Part shown: piece after piece, positions 1 through 10,225 of the stretch
Position numbering within the stretch: the stretch's first letter is position 1
Layout: each line of letters starts with the position of its first letter
DNA from: a plasmid
Length of the DNA stretch: 57,443 bases
Direction: 5' to 3' (one strand)
Sequence record: NZ_CP149754.1
The notes under the pieces: generated by a model
What the model was told of the DNA's origin: nothing
Databases searched by the model: none
What the model saw: only the letters and a program-made list of their open reading frames with translations
Position numbers and translations under genes: made by a program

Positions 1-1
1 T

Positions 2-675
2 ACTCAAGCTGTATTATTAAAAAATTCTAATGTCCTAGATAAGGACTTTAGAAAATTGCATAACACAGGTGAAAAGTTCTTAACAGAGAGTGGAGTATAT
101 AAGTTAATATTTAAATCTAAAAAAGAAGAAGCTGAGAGATTTCAAGATTGGATAAGTGATGAAGTACTTCCAGCCATTCGACAAACTGGTGCATACATAA
201 CAAATAATGCTGACCCAGAAAAGTTGAGAGAAAAAGCAAGTGAGATTGAAAAATTACAGTTGCTTATAACAGTACATCTATGTTAAAAGAATTGTTAGAT
301 GATGCAGGCTTTGACAATAAATCAAAACTATTAACAGCTAAAACATTATATAAGAAAGCAGGAATTGATTTACCAATAGAGATAAACGAAGAAGAACATT
401 ATTTTGATACAAAACAAATAGCATCTAAACTGAAAATATATTCTAAGAGTAATAAACCAGCTCAGATGGCTGTTTGTGAGATTATTAAAAAGATTGATTT
501 AGAAGATGGTGAAGTTAAAGGTGTTTGGTAAACTAATGGTTCTTGGACTGGTACTGTAAATAAATATACAAAGAGTGTAATAGATAAGGTGAGAACTTGG
601 ATAGAGGAAAATAATAGACCTACCAAGATTGCAGGTGAGAAGAAGAATTATCATGTATCTTACAAAATTGAGTAA
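2..675 (+). pseudogene. BRO-N/KilA-C family phage antirepressor, 3' part of a junction-spanning copy (5' part at 57298-57443); disrupted
   Basis: Reading frame is open from position 2 and continues in frame from the window end. Translation carries the BRO-N motif EVLPAIRQTGAYITNN and is colinear with the intact paralog at 54623-55489. A 1-nt indel in an A-run around 248-255 shifts the frame, and there is an in-frame TAA at 529-531 where the paralog has a sense codon. Confidence 0.55.
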
Positions 676-737
676 ATTTATCAGTTGTATTAAATAATTT
701 AGTTTAGTTTATTTTAGTTTTGAGGGGGATTAATACA

Positions 738-914
738 ATGTGTGAGAATTTACTTAATGAATATAATTTAAAAACTGATGAAGATGTAGAATACTTTGTA
801 AAGTTTGCTACATTATTATATAAATTAAAACAGGACAATGAAGAAAAATTTCAAGAGTATGCAGAGATATTGAGAGGTATTCTTAGGGAACAACAAGAGA
901 GAGAAAATAAGTAA
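738..914 (+). CDS. small hypothetical protein (paralog of 55544-55699), located between antirepressor gene and CRISPR array
   Basis: GAGGGGG RBS 9 nt upstream of ATG. N-terminus MCENLL and the upstream sequence are conserved with the second copy at 55544. Confidence 0.4.
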   Translation: MCENLLNEYNLKTDEDVEYFVKFATLLYKLKQDNEEKFQEYAEILRGILREQQERENK

Positions 915-916
915 AA

Positions 917-983
917 TAATATGGATAAAGCACTTGGATATTATGTTGTTTCAAGTGCTTTATTTGGTAAAAAATGGTATAAT
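917..983 (+). promoter_or_regulatory. hairpin (AAGCACTTG...CAAGTGCTT) followed by extended -10 TGGTATAAT; candidate promoter for CRISPR array 1
   Basis: Perfect 9-bp stem at 921-951. TGGTATAAT at 975-983 lies about 10 nt before the first repeat. The same arrangement precedes array 4 (55726-55767). Confidence 0.4.
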
Positions 984-992
984 ATAGGTAGG

Positions 993-1217
993 AAATTATA
1001 TTAACTAAGTGGTATGTAAAGGGAGTAGGCAAGTTTTATAAACAAATAACAGGAAGATTTTATATTAACTATGTGGTATGTAAATTATATGGTGCTTTCC
1101 AGTCTTGTGGTTTTACAGGTTCGTTTTATATTAACTATGTGGTATGTAAATGCGTTTAGGAATATGACAGCATCTATTAATACGACAAGTTTTATATTAA
1201 CTATGTGGACTTAAAAT
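993..1217 (+). CRISPR. CRISPR array 1: 4 repeats (first and last degenerate), 3 spacers of 35-37 bp; C. difficile type I-B-like 29-bp repeat
   Basis: Repeats at 993, 1057, 1123 and 1189. The degenerate repeat lies at the distal end. Confidence 0.9.
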
Positions 1218-1230
1218 TAAAAATAATTCA

Positions 1231-1262
1231 AAAACACTTACAAATGAGTAAGTGTTTTTTTA
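1231..1262 (+). terminator. rho-independent terminator after array 1
   Basis: AACACTTAC...GTAAGTGTT stem followed by a T7 run. Confidence 0.5.
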
Positions 1263-1345
1263 ATGAAAGGAGGTGATAATGATGTAAAAATTTTACTGAT
1301 ATAGTATAATAATCCTATAAATTCATTATAATAAAGGGGGATATT

Positions 1346-2119
1346 ATGGGATTATTTAGTGGAAATGAAAGTTGTTGTATATGTGGAGAAAAAGGTAAAC
1401 AAAAAATATCTGATGGTGTAATATGTTCTGAATGTTTAAAAAAATATAAAGATACATTTTCTATAGTCGAACCAACAGATGTAATTAAAAAAATATCTTC
1501 TGAGGAAATAAAAAAATCAATAAGATTAACACTTGAAAATAAAAAAAGATTTGAATCTTTTAACGCAAGTAAAAAAGTAGGAATTTATTTATTAGTAGAT
1601 GAAAATAAAAAACAATTAATTATATCTGATAAAATAAGCAATTTAAATAAGAATAAGAGAGTATATGACTTTAGGGATATTATTTCATTTGAACTTTTAG
1701 AAGATGATGAATCTATAATTAAAAGTGGATTAGGTGGTGCTATTGGAGGAGGTCTTTTATTTGGCGAAACAGGAGCTATAGCTGGAAGTATATTAGGAAA
1801 GAAAAAAATAAAAACTTATGTAAATAGTTTAAAGATAAAAATTACAATTAATAATATAAAGAATTCTACAAAGTATATATATTTAATTAATTCTAAAATT
1901 TCTACAAATTCAAGTTTATATAAAGAATCTTATAATTATGCCCAAGAGATTTTATCAACTTTGTCTATAATAACAAGTTCTAAGAGTATAGAAGATAAAA
2001 AAGAGTCTATATCTAGTTCTACAGCTGATGAAATATTAAAATATAAGAATTTGTTAAATATGGAAGCTATTACACAAGAAGAATTTGATGCTAAGAAAAA
2101 AGAATTGCTAAATTTATAA
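1346..2119 (+). CDS. hypothetical protein with N-terminal zinc ribbon (CxxC..CxxC), glycine-zipper segment and C-terminal SHOCT-like motif
   Basis: AGGGGGA RBS. N-terminus CCICGEKG...CSEC; C-terminus EAITQEEFDAKKKELLNL resembles a SHOCT domain. Confidence 0.5.
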   Translation: MGLFSGNESCCICGEKGKQKISDGVICSECLKKYKDTFSIVEPTDVIKKISSEEIKKSIRLTLENKKRFESFNASKKVGIYLLVDENKKQLIISDKISNLNKNKRVYDFRDIISFELLEDDESIIKSGLGGAIGGGLLFGETGAIAGSILGKKKIKTYVNSLKIKITINNIKNSTKYIYLINSKISTNSSLYKESYNYAQEILSTLSIITSSKSIEDKKESISSSTADEILKYKNLLNMEAITQEEFDAKKKELLNL

Positions 2120-2185
2120 TATATAAGCACTTACTTAAAAATAAGTAAGTGCTTATATTATGTTAAAAAAGAAAGGAGGTTAAAA

Positions 2186-4474
2186 ATGGCAACTATACAA
2201 ACATCTATCCGAATTTTCGACGGAATGACACCTGCTTTTAGACACATGACTAATGCTATGAATATTGTATTAAGTTCATTCGAGCAATTACAAAGAACAT
2301 CTAGCAATGCTATAGATGCTAATAGTATTAGAACAGCTAGAGAAGAACTAGCACGTGCAGAAGCTGGGTTTGATAGATTAGAACAACAAATAAGAGAAGC
2401 TGATGAACAACAAAAAAGATTTAATGATGATGTTAGAAAAGGAGCAAGTAGTACAGATAAGTTAGTAGAAAATGCTAAAAGATTAGTAGCAACTTATATT
2501 GGATTGAGAAGTGTTGGTGGTTTGATTAATTTAAGTGACCAAATGACGAGTACTAATGCGAGACTAGCTATGATAAATGACGGGCAACAATCTGATGGAG
2601 GACTCAACAAAATGATATTTCAATCAGCGGAAAGAGCAAGAGCATCTTATTTAGATACTGCAAAAATTGTAAGCAGAGTGGGCATGAATGCAGGCAAAGC
2701 ATTTAGTAGTACAAAAGAAATAGTAGCATTCGCGGAACAACTTAACAAGAAATTTGTAATTGCAGGAGCAACAACAGAAGAAACTAATTCAGCACTTTTA
2801 CAACTTACACAAGGTTTAGGAAGTGGCGTGTTAAGAGGCGAGGAACTAAATGCTGTGTTTGAGTCAGCACCTAATATTATTCAGTCTATTGCCGATTATC
2901 TCGAGGTCGATATAGGGAAGATAAGAGGTATGGCAAGTGAAGGAATGTTAACAGCAGATATTGTAAAAAACTCCTTACTTTCAGCGGCGGAGCAGACTAA
3001 TGCAGAGTTCGAGAAGATGCCTTATACATTTGGACAGATTTGGACATCAATAAAAAATAATGCAGTCATGATTTTTGGTGTTATACAGAAAAAAATAGAA
3101 CAATCTATGTCTAGCCGAGGTTTCCGAACCTTTATAGATAATTTTATCAGCGGATTATATGTTTTAGGTAATGTATTTTTTAACATTTTTAATGGAATTA
3201 TAAGTATATTAGGGAGCCCAGCTTTTCAAAGTTTTTCAAACACAATGATTGTTGGGATAAGTTTAATTTCACAAGCACTAGGCTGGATAGTAACACAAGC
3301 ATTAAACCTTGCTAATATATTTGCACAAAATTGGAGTATAATAGGTCCAATTATAGCAGGGGTTGTAGGGATTTTAGGTACTTATTTGATTGCATTAGGA
3401 AGTATATGGCTTTGGGAAACTTTATGCAAAATATCAAAAAATGCCTTAGCAATTGCTTCTGCAATACATGCTTTAGCAATACATGCAGAATTAACAGAAA
3501 CTCAAATGGCTACAGTTGCTCAATGGGGTTTAAATGCAGCTATTTTGGCGTGTCCGATTTTTTGGATAGTTGCAGGAATAATAGCTTTAGTAGCAGTCTT
3601 ATTTGTAGGAGTAGCAATATTCAATCATTTTGCAGGGACTAGTGTATCTGCTATAGGTATAGTTGCAGGTGCAATATCAGTTGCAGCTGCTTTTGTAGGA
3701 AATTTATTTATTGCAACAGGGAACTTAATTATAGATATTGTAGCTTTAATTTATAATAGTTTAGCAAACTTTGCAGAGTTCTTTGCTAACTTTTTAGACG
3801 ACCCGATCGGCTCTGTCATAAGGGCGGTATCTAGAATGGCTGATGCGGTATTAGGTATATTAAGAAGCATAGCATCTGCAATAGATACCATATTTGGCTC
3901 AAATCTAGCAAATGCAGTGAGTGGTTGGCAAGATAAATTACAAGGGTGGACTGACAAAGTAGCAGGAGAAGCTAAGATAAAAGTTGAACTAATGGACCCT
4001 AATAAACTGCATTTTGACAGATTTAATTGTGGAAAAGCTTGGGATGCAGGATATAAATGGGGAGATAAATTAGAAACTAATATAAAAGATAAATTCGATA
4101 TTAGCAAAATAGCAGAAAAGGCAAAAAAAGATTTAGGTCTAGATGACCTTTGGGATGACAAATATGGATTAGGAGATGGATTTGGTTCAGCAGGTCTTAA
4201 TTCACCTTTAAATGACGCAGCAAAAGGAGCAAAAGATACAGCAGGAAATACAGCTAAAATGGCTAAAACAATGGATAAAAGTCAAGAAGACTTAAAATAT
4301 CTTAGAGATATTGCAGAACAGGAAACAATAAACCGATTTACAGGGGTAAACATAAAAATTGATATGAACAATACAAATAACATAAGTAAAGATACAGATG
4401 TTGATGGAATAGTTAATGTCTTAACTGAAAAACTGAATGATGCTATGATTGTATCAGCAGAAGGAATAGTTTAG
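2186..4474 (+). CDS. phage tail tape measure protein
   Basis: 762 aa. N-terminal coiled-coil region, central hydrophobic TM-rich region, TP901-type core ([13 protein letters not shown]). Position after the tail chaperone is the expected one. Confidence 0.85.
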   Translation: MATIQTSIRIFDGMTPAFRHMTNAMNIVLSSFEQLQRTSSNAIDANSIRTAREELARAEAGFDRLEQQIREADEQQKRFNDDVRKGASSTDKLVENAKRLVATYIGLRSVGGLINLSDQMTSTNARLAMINDGQQSDGGLNKMIFQSAERARASYLDTAKIVSRVGMNAGKAFSSTKEIVAFAEQLNKKFVIAGATTEETNSALLQLTQGLGSGVLRGEELNAVFESAPNIIQSIADYLEVDIGKIRGMASEGMLTADIVKNSLLSAAEQTNAEFEKMPYTFGQIWTSIKNNAVMIFGVIQKKIEQSMSSRGFRTFIDNFISGLYVLGNVFFNIFNGIISILGSPAFQSFSNTMIVGISLISQALGWIVTQALNLANIFAQNWSIIGPIIAGVVGILGTYLIALGSIWLWETLCKISKNALAIASAIHALAIHAELTETQMATVAQWGLNAAILACPIFWIVAGIIALVAVLFVGVAIFNHFAGTSVSAIGIVAGAISVAAAFVGNLFIATGNLIIDIVALIYNSLANFAEFFANFLDDPIGSVIRAVSRMADAVLGILRSIASAIDTIFGSNLANAVSGWQDKLQGWTDKVAGEAKIKVELMDPNKLHFDRFNCGKAWDAGYKWGDKLETNIKDKFDISKIAEKAKKDLGLDDLWDDKYGLGDGFGSAGLNSPLNDAAKGAKDTAGNTAKMAKTMDKSQEDLKYLRDIAEQETINRFTGVNIKIDMNNTNNISKDTDVDGIVNVLTEKLNDAMIVSAEGIV

Positions 4475-4489
4475 AAAGGAGGGATATAA

Positions 4490-5179
4490 ATGGCTTATGA
4501 CTTTTATTTAGATGGAGTACAATTACCAATACCTCCGCCAAAGTTAGAGATTAAAGTTACAAATAAAAACAAGACAGTTGATTTGATAAATACTGGAGAA
4601 GTAAACATACTAAAAAAAGAAGGATTATCTGAAATAAGTTTTGAAGCAGAATTTACACATAATAAGTTGCCATTCTATCGTGGAGCTTTTAGGGATGTTC
4701 AATTCTTTTTAAGTAAACTGGAACTATTAAAAACTGATTGTAAGCCATTTCAATTTATTGTATCGAGGGAATTAGGTAATAAAGTACTATTTAACACTAA
4801 TATAAAAGTATCTCTTGAAGAGTATGCTATTTCAGAAGATGCAGAAAATGGCTCAGATACAAAAGTTGCAATAAAGTTAAAGCAATATAGAGATTACTCA
4901 ACTAAAAAGTTAGTTCTTGCCCCTCCTAAAAATGAGACTGGTAGACCTAATGTAAAGATAGAGCCAAAACGAGTTGATTCAGTCAATGCCACAAACACTA
5001 AAACATATACAGTAAAAGCAGGGGATAGCCTTTGGTCAATTTGTCAGAAACAACTTGGTAATGGTTCATTATATAAGAAAGTATACGAATTAAATAAATC
5101 TATGATGGATAAGGCAAATAAGGGGAAGAATTTAAGTAAATACACCATCTATAAAGGGCAGGTGTTAAAACTTGGTTGA
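4490..5179 (+). CDS. XkdP-like tail protein with C-terminal LysM domain
   Basis: C-terminus YTVKAGDSLWSICQKQLGNG...YKGQVLKL matches a LysM domain. Confidence 0.7.
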   Translation: MAYDFYLDGVQLPIPPPKLEIKVTNKNKTVDLINTGEVNILKKEGLSEISFEAEFTHNKLPFYRGAFRDVQFFLSKLELLKTDCKPFQFIVSRELGNKVLFNTNIKVSLEEYAISEDAENGSDTKVAIKLKQYRDYSTKKLVLAPPKNETGRPNVKIEPKRVDSVNATNTKTYTVKAGDSLWSICQKQLGNGSLYKKVYELNKSMMDKANKGKNLSKYTIYKGQVLKLG

Positions 5180-7064
5180 TGAATTAGTGTTAGCAAATGA
5201 TAGAGATGTAAGATTAGTAATAGCTCATTGGGAAGATTTCTACGAACCTGCTGTCATTGATGGTATCACATGGGAGATAGAAAGAAGAGGAACACCTTCT
5301 AAGTTAGAATTTACAATAGTTATGGATGATATATTAGAGTTTTGCGAAGGAAATTCTGTAAGGCTGTATTATAAAGGAATAGGTATCTTCTATGGATATA
5401 TATTTCAGAAGAAAAGAGATAAAGAAAATCACATAAAAATTGTTGCTTACGACCAGTTGAGATATTTTAAGAATAAAGATACTTATGTATATAATAATCA
5501 AACTGCATCTGAACTTGTAAAGATGTTAGCTAAAGATTTTAATTTAAAATACAATGTCATAGAAGATACTAAGTATAAAATATCTAGGATAGAAGAAAAT
5601 AAAACACTCTTTGACATGATACTAACAGCACTAGATGATACTCTAAGAGAGAAAAAAGAAATGTATGTTTTATATGATGATTTTGGAAGAATAACATTAA
5701 AGAATGTTGCTTCTATGAAACTTGATACGGTTATGAACAATGATGTAATTGAGGACTTTGACTACAATTCTTCTATTGATAGTGATACTTACACAAAGAT
5801 TAAACTTGTGAGAGATAATGAAGAAACAGGGAAAAGAGATGTATATATTGCACAAGACTCTACACATATGAGGAGTTGGGGAATACTTCAAATGTTTGAT
5901 ACAGTAGATAAAAACATGAGTGAAGCAGAAATAAAACAAAAGTGTGATATACTTCTAAAACTATATAATAAGAAAACTAAGTCATTAAGTTTAAAAAATG
6001 TACTTGGAGATATTAGAGTAAGAGCAGGTTGTTTAGTACCTGTTTTTTTAAATCTAGGAGATATTAAACTTCAAAATTATATGTTAGTTGAGAAAGTAAA
6101 ACATACATTTGAAAATAATTCACATTTCATGGATTTGACTCTTGTTGATGGAGATGAATTTGCTTCTTATTCTTCAAGCTCATATTCAAGTGGAAATACT
6201 AACAATAAGGATGAAAAGAAAAATGGTCCTGCACAAAGTACTACGAAAAAAAATACAGGTAAAAAAGTTCCTGCTATATTTACTGCATATTATCCAGGGA
6301 ACAATGCAATGGAAGGTGGAAAAACAGATTGCAATGGAAAGCCACTTGATGTAAAATCAAGAACTGTTGCTGGTCCAATGAATCGAGAAGGAGTTAAGAA
6401 AACTTGGTATACTGATGATTTTCTAAAGAAACATCCAGTTTTTGAATATGGAGATAAAGTAAAAATTATACTTCCTGGTACTGCCTATGACAACAAAGTA
6501 TATACAGTTAAAGATAATGGAGGAAGAATATATGTTGAAACAAACGGAACATATCATATAGATATACTATTAGCTAATGCTAGTGAATGTAAAAAATTTG
6601 GTAGAAAGAATGGCTATATAATTATAGGTGGAGATGAAGAACAAACATATCAAGTTGAAGGTAATAACCAAAGTAGTACAAATAATAACTCTAAAGAAGA
6701 TAAATTAATTAGTGTAGCAAAAAGTAAACTGGGTTGTAATTATGTGTATGGAGCAGAAGGTCCTAATAATTTTGATTGCAGTGGGTTTACTCAATGGTGT
6801 TATAAACAAATAGGTATAAAAATTCCTCGTACTGCTTCTGCACAAAGTAAAGCAGGAAAAGCAGTAGATTTAAAAGATAGAAGCAAGTGGAAAGCAGGAG
6901 ACTTATTATGTAGAATTGGTGGAGGAAGTAGTAATCATGTTGTAATGTACATTGGAAACAATCAAATAATTCATTCACCACAAACAGGAGATGTGGTAAA
7001 AATAGAGTCTGTTAATTCTTATAGAAAAGGAAAAGCATACACACATGTGAGAAGATTTATATAA
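5172..7064 (+). CDS. XkdQ-like tail-associated protein with 3D (MltA-like) domain and C-terminal NlpC/P60 endopeptidase domain
   Basis: NlpC/P60 Cys motif NFDCSGFTQWCY with His in HVVMYIG. The 3D-like region is YYPGNNAMEGGKTDCNGKPL...YHIDILL. Confidence 0.7.
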   Translation: MVDELVLANDRDVRLVIAHWEDFYEPAVIDGITWEIERRGTPSKLEFTIVMDDILEFCEGNSVRLYYKGIGIFYGYIFQKKRDKENHIKIVAYDQLRYFKNKDTYVYNNQTASELVKMLAKDFNLKYNVIEDTKYKISRIEENKTLFDMILTALDDTLREKKEMYVLYDDFGRITLKNVASMKLDTVMNNDVIEDFDYNSSIDSDTYTKIKLVRDNEETGKRDVYIAQDSTHMRSWGILQMFDTVDKNMSEAEIKQKCDILLKLYNKKTKSLSLKNVLGDIRVRAGCLVPVFLNLGDIKLQNYMLVEKVKHTFENNSHFMDLTLVDGDEFASYSSSSYSSGNTNNKDEKKNGPAQSTTKKNTGKKVPAIFTAYYPGNNAMEGGKTDCNGKPLDVKSRTVAGPMNREGVKKTWYTDDFLKKHPVFEYGDKVKIILPGTAYDNKVYTVKDNGGRIYVETNGTYHIDILLANASECKKFGRKNGYIIIGGDEEQTYQVEGNNQSSTNNNSKEDKLISVAKSKLGCNYVYGAEGPNNFDCSGFTQWCYKQIGIKIPRTASAQSKAGKAVDLKDRSKWKAGDLLCRIGGGSSNHVVMYIGNNQIIHSPQTGDVVKIESVNSYRKGKAYTHVRRFI

Positions 7065-7077
7065 GTGAGGTGGCAAT

Positions 7078-7338
7078 ATGAGCCAAGATTTATTACAGAT
7101 AATAAAAAAAGCTGCAATGGATGCAGTAGAAACAAGCAACCCAATGAGGGTTGTATTTGGAACAATAGAAAGTATTAGTCCTCTAAGAGTTAAGATAGAA
7201 CAAAAACTATCTATTGGTGAAATTTTTCTAATACAAACAGATACATTTAAAAGATATACAGATAAAAAAATAGGAGATAAATTAGTCTTAATTCGTATGC
7301 AAGGAGGACAACAATACTTGATTTTAGATAGGATGTGA
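7078..7338 (+). CDS. small baseplate-associated protein (XkdR-like)
   Basis: 86 aa ORF with RBS, in the conserved position of PBSX-like tail modules. Confidence 0.5.
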   Translation: MSQDLLQIIKKAAMDAVETSNPMRVVFGTIESISPLRVKIEQKLSIGEIFLIQTDTFKRYTDKKIGDKLVLIRMQGGQQYLILDRM

Positions 7339-7342
7339 TGAA

Positions 7343-7762
7343 GTGTTACCAAGCGATAATTTAGATTATGACATTGAAGATGTATCAATAATTAATTTTG
7401 ATGTAAGGCAAGAACCAAGTAAGACCTTTAAATTAAATATAGAAAAATCTAAGATAGATGGTATTTGTGATGATGTTGAAGCATTAAAACAAACCATCTT
7501 TTTAATTTTAAACACAGAGAGATACCAACATCTAATATATAGTTGGAATTATGGAGTCGAGTTGAACGACCTTATTGGAGAGCCTATATCCTTTGTAATC
7601 CCCGAACTTGAAAGACGAATCAAAGAAGCACTAATTCAAGATGATAGGGTTGAAAATGTAGATAATTTTGAGTTTCAAAATGTAAAGGGTAAAGTACATT
7701 GTAAGTTCACAGTTTACAGTAAATATGGAGATATAAAAGCAGAGAAGGTGGTGAGTGTATAA
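7343..7762 (+). CDS. baseplate protein (XkdS-like)
   Basis: 139 aa ORF, in synteny with PBSX-like modules. Confidence 0.5.
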   Translation: MLPSDNLDYDIEDVSIINFDVRQEPSKTFKLNIEKSKIDGICDDVEALKQTIFLILNTERYQHLIYSWNYGVELNDLIGEPISFVIPELERRIKEALIQDDRVENVDNFEFQNVKGKVHCKFTVYSKYGDIKAEKVVSV

Positions 7763-8812
7763 TTGTTTGAGTTAATGACATTTGAAAATATAATTAAAAG
7801 AATGTTAGATAGTGTACCAGATACTTTTGATAAAAGGGAAGGTTCTATAATATACAATGCTCTTGCTCCTGTTGCAGTGGAGCTTACAGAAACATACATT
7901 GCAATGGATGAATTACTAGACCAAACATTCGTAGATACTGCTAGTTATTACTATTTAGAGAAGAGATGTAAAGAGAGAGGTATTACACCTTTACCTGCAA
8001 CCAATACAATTGCAAAAGGAGTTTTTAATATAGATATTCCTATTGATTCAAGATTCAACTTAGGAGAGTACAATTATGTGGCAATTGAGAGAATATCTGA
8101 AAAAACATATAAAATGAAATGTGAAACTGCTGGACCTATATTTGAGTTAGGGCAATTAATACCTATCGAATATATAGATGCTCTTGAAACTGCTGAGTTA
8201 ACAGAAATACTAATAAATGGAGAAGATGAAGAATCAGAGGACAGTCTAAGGCAACGATACTATGATAGTTTAAACTCACAAAGTTTCGGTGGTAATATAC
8301 AGAATTATAAGGATGAAGTTAATAAATTGCCTGACGTTGGGGGAGTTAAAGTATATCCAGTTTGGAACGGTGGAGGTACTGTTAAGTTAGTAATAATTAA
8401 TTCTAACTTCAAAGTTCCATCTAGTGATTTAGTTAATTTAGTTCAAGAAGAAATTGATCCTCTACAAAACCAAGGAGAAGGTCTTGGATTAGCACCAATT
8501 GGACACCGAGTCACAGTTGAAGGAGTTACAAGTACAACTATAAATATATCAGCAGAGATAACATACAAAAATGGCTACACTTGGGAGAATATAAAATCAA
8601 TTGCAGAAGAAGCAATAGACGACTATTTAAATGAACTTAACATGAGTTGGGAAGATGAAGAAAACTTAATAGTCCGTATATCTCAGATAGAAACTCGTTT
8701 GTTAAGTATAGATGGAGTGTTAGATATTACAAACACAATGATAAATGAGGTTAAATCTAATCTAACAATAAATAGTAACAGTATAGTAGTGAGAGGTGAG
8801 GTAGTTGGATAA
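7763..8812 (+). CDS. baseplate J-like protein (XkdT-like)
   Basis: 349 aa; size and position are typical of baseplate J. Confidence 0.6.
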   Translation: MFELMTFENIIKRMLDSVPDTFDKREGSIIYNALAPVAVELTETYIAMDELLDQTFVDTASYYYLEKRCKERGITPLPATNTIAKGVFNIDIPIDSRFNLGEYNYVAIERISEKTYKMKCETAGPIFELGQLIPIEYIDALETAELTEILINGEDEESEDSLRQRYYDSLNSQSFGGNIQNYKDEVNKLPDVGGVKVYPVWNGGGTVKLVIINSNFKVPSSDLVNLVQEEIDPLQNQGEGLGLAPIGHRVTVEGVTSTTINISAEITYKNGYTWENIKSIAEEAIDDYLNELNMSWEDEENLIVRISQIETRLLSIDGVLDITNTMINEVKSNLTINSNSIVVRGEVVG

Positions 8813-9422
8813 AGAGATTAATCTAATAAATTACTTACCACAAATTCTGCAAGATAAAGAAGAATATATAAAAGTATTTAATGTAGAAAATAAAGAAATA
8901 AAAACACTACATGAAAAATTAAATGACCTATCAAATGACCAGTTTTTAGAGGATTTAACTCCAAGTGGCATAAAAAGATGGGAAAAGATAATGTCTATAA
9001 CTCCTAAAAGTAATGAGAGTTTAGAAGATAGAAGGTTTAGGATTTTTAGTAAATATATAAGTAAATTACCTTACTCAGAGAGATTTTTAAGGAACTGGCT
9101 AGATAATGTAGTTGGAGAAGGCAATTATGAATTAACTATTAATAATGCTACTTATAACATACACCTTGAGAGTGATGCTAGAAATCAAGATTGGTTTGAG
9201 GAGGTTCATTCTTTTGTAAGTAGTATTAAACCTTGCAACATGACTTTAGATTACACTAGAGTGCTTGTAAGTAAAGACAATTATATGAATTTTGGTATAA
9301 CAACCCTAATAGGTCAAGAAATAACTATATACCCTTGGAGTCCACCAGATATAGAAACTTATGGAGAAATTGATGTATTAACTGGCAATGGAGTTGGATA
9401 CCAAGAGATAACAATATTTTAG
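8805..9422 (+). CDS. tail protein (XkdU-like)
   Basis: 205 aa ORF overlapping the upstream gene (operon-type coupling), in synteny. Confidence 0.5.
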   Translation: MDKEINLINYLPQILQDKEEYIKVFNVENKEIKTLHEKLNDLSNDQFLEDLTPSGIKRWEKIMSITPKSNESLEDRRFRIFSKYISKLPYSERFLRNWLDNVVGEGNYELTINNATYNIHLESDARNQDWFEEVHSFVSSIKPCNMTLDYTRVLVSKDNYMNFGITTLIGQEITIYPWSPPDIETYGEIDVLTGNGVGYQEITIF

Positions 9423-9433
9423 GAGGTGATATA

Positions 9434-10210
9434 TTGGCTATAGATAAAAGTTATTACACTATAATTACAGATGTAGGAAAAGCAAAGATAGCAAATGCAA
9501 GTATCACAGGTAATAAAGTGGGATTTGTAAAAATTCAACTTGGTGATGGAGGAGGGAGTGAATATACTCCAACTGAGAGTCAGACAGCTCTCAAAAATGT
9601 GGTATGGGAAGGCAATATCGGAAATACAACCACAGATGAAACTGCACCAAATTGTATAATATTAGAGAGTTTAATACCATCAAGTGTAGGCGGGTTTATG
9701 ATAAGAGAAATAGGATATTTAGATGATGAAAATAATTTAATTGCCATTTCTAAATACAAAGAGTGTTATAAACCTTCTATAGAACAAGGTGCAGTGGTAG
9801 ACATGAAGGTTAAAACTGTGCTTATTGTATCTAATGTAAATAATATAGAACTTAAAATTGACCCAACAATAATCTTTGCAACACTCAAAGATATACAGGA
9901 CTTAGAAACTAAAATAGGTACTGTTAATACTAAAATTGATACAACTAAAACAGAGTTAAACAGCAAAGTAGGAGACACAACACTACTTACTACAACAGAT
10001 AAAACAAATATAGTTAATGCATTAAATGAGGTAAAAAAAACTAGTGTAGATAGTATAGAAACAACAGCAGAGAAAACAAGTTATAATAATGCAACAAGTA
10101 AACTTAATGCTACAAATGTTCAAGGGGCGATTGATGAAATAGTAGCAGAGGTAAGAGGTAATAGAAGTAGTATTATATCTAGTATAAATGATAATTTGAT
10201 ACCAATGTAG
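9434..10210 (+). CDS. tail fiber / structural protein
   Basis: 258 aa, Thr/Asn-rich, consistent with a fibre protein. Confidence 0.45.
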   Translation: MAIDKSYYTIITDVGKAKIANASITGNKVGFVKIQLGDGGGSEYTPTESQTALKNVVWEGNIGNTTTDETAPNCIILESLIPSSVGGFMIREIGYLDDENNLIAISKYKECYKPSIEQGAVVDMKVKTVLIVSNVNNIELKIDPTIIFATLKDIQDLETKIGTVNTKIDTTKTELNSKVGDTTLLTTTDKTNIVNALNEVKKTSVDSIETTAEKTSYNNATSKLNATNVQGAIDEIVAEVRGNRSSIISSINDNLIPM

Positions 10211-10225
10211 AAAGGATGTGATTAA

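Noticed and set aside
3331-4161. ORF-track entries 3331-3642 (+) and 3751-4161 (-) inside the tape measure gene
   Set aside because: Alternative-frame or antisense ORFs wholly contained in a well-supported long gene; no RBS; low-complexity translations.
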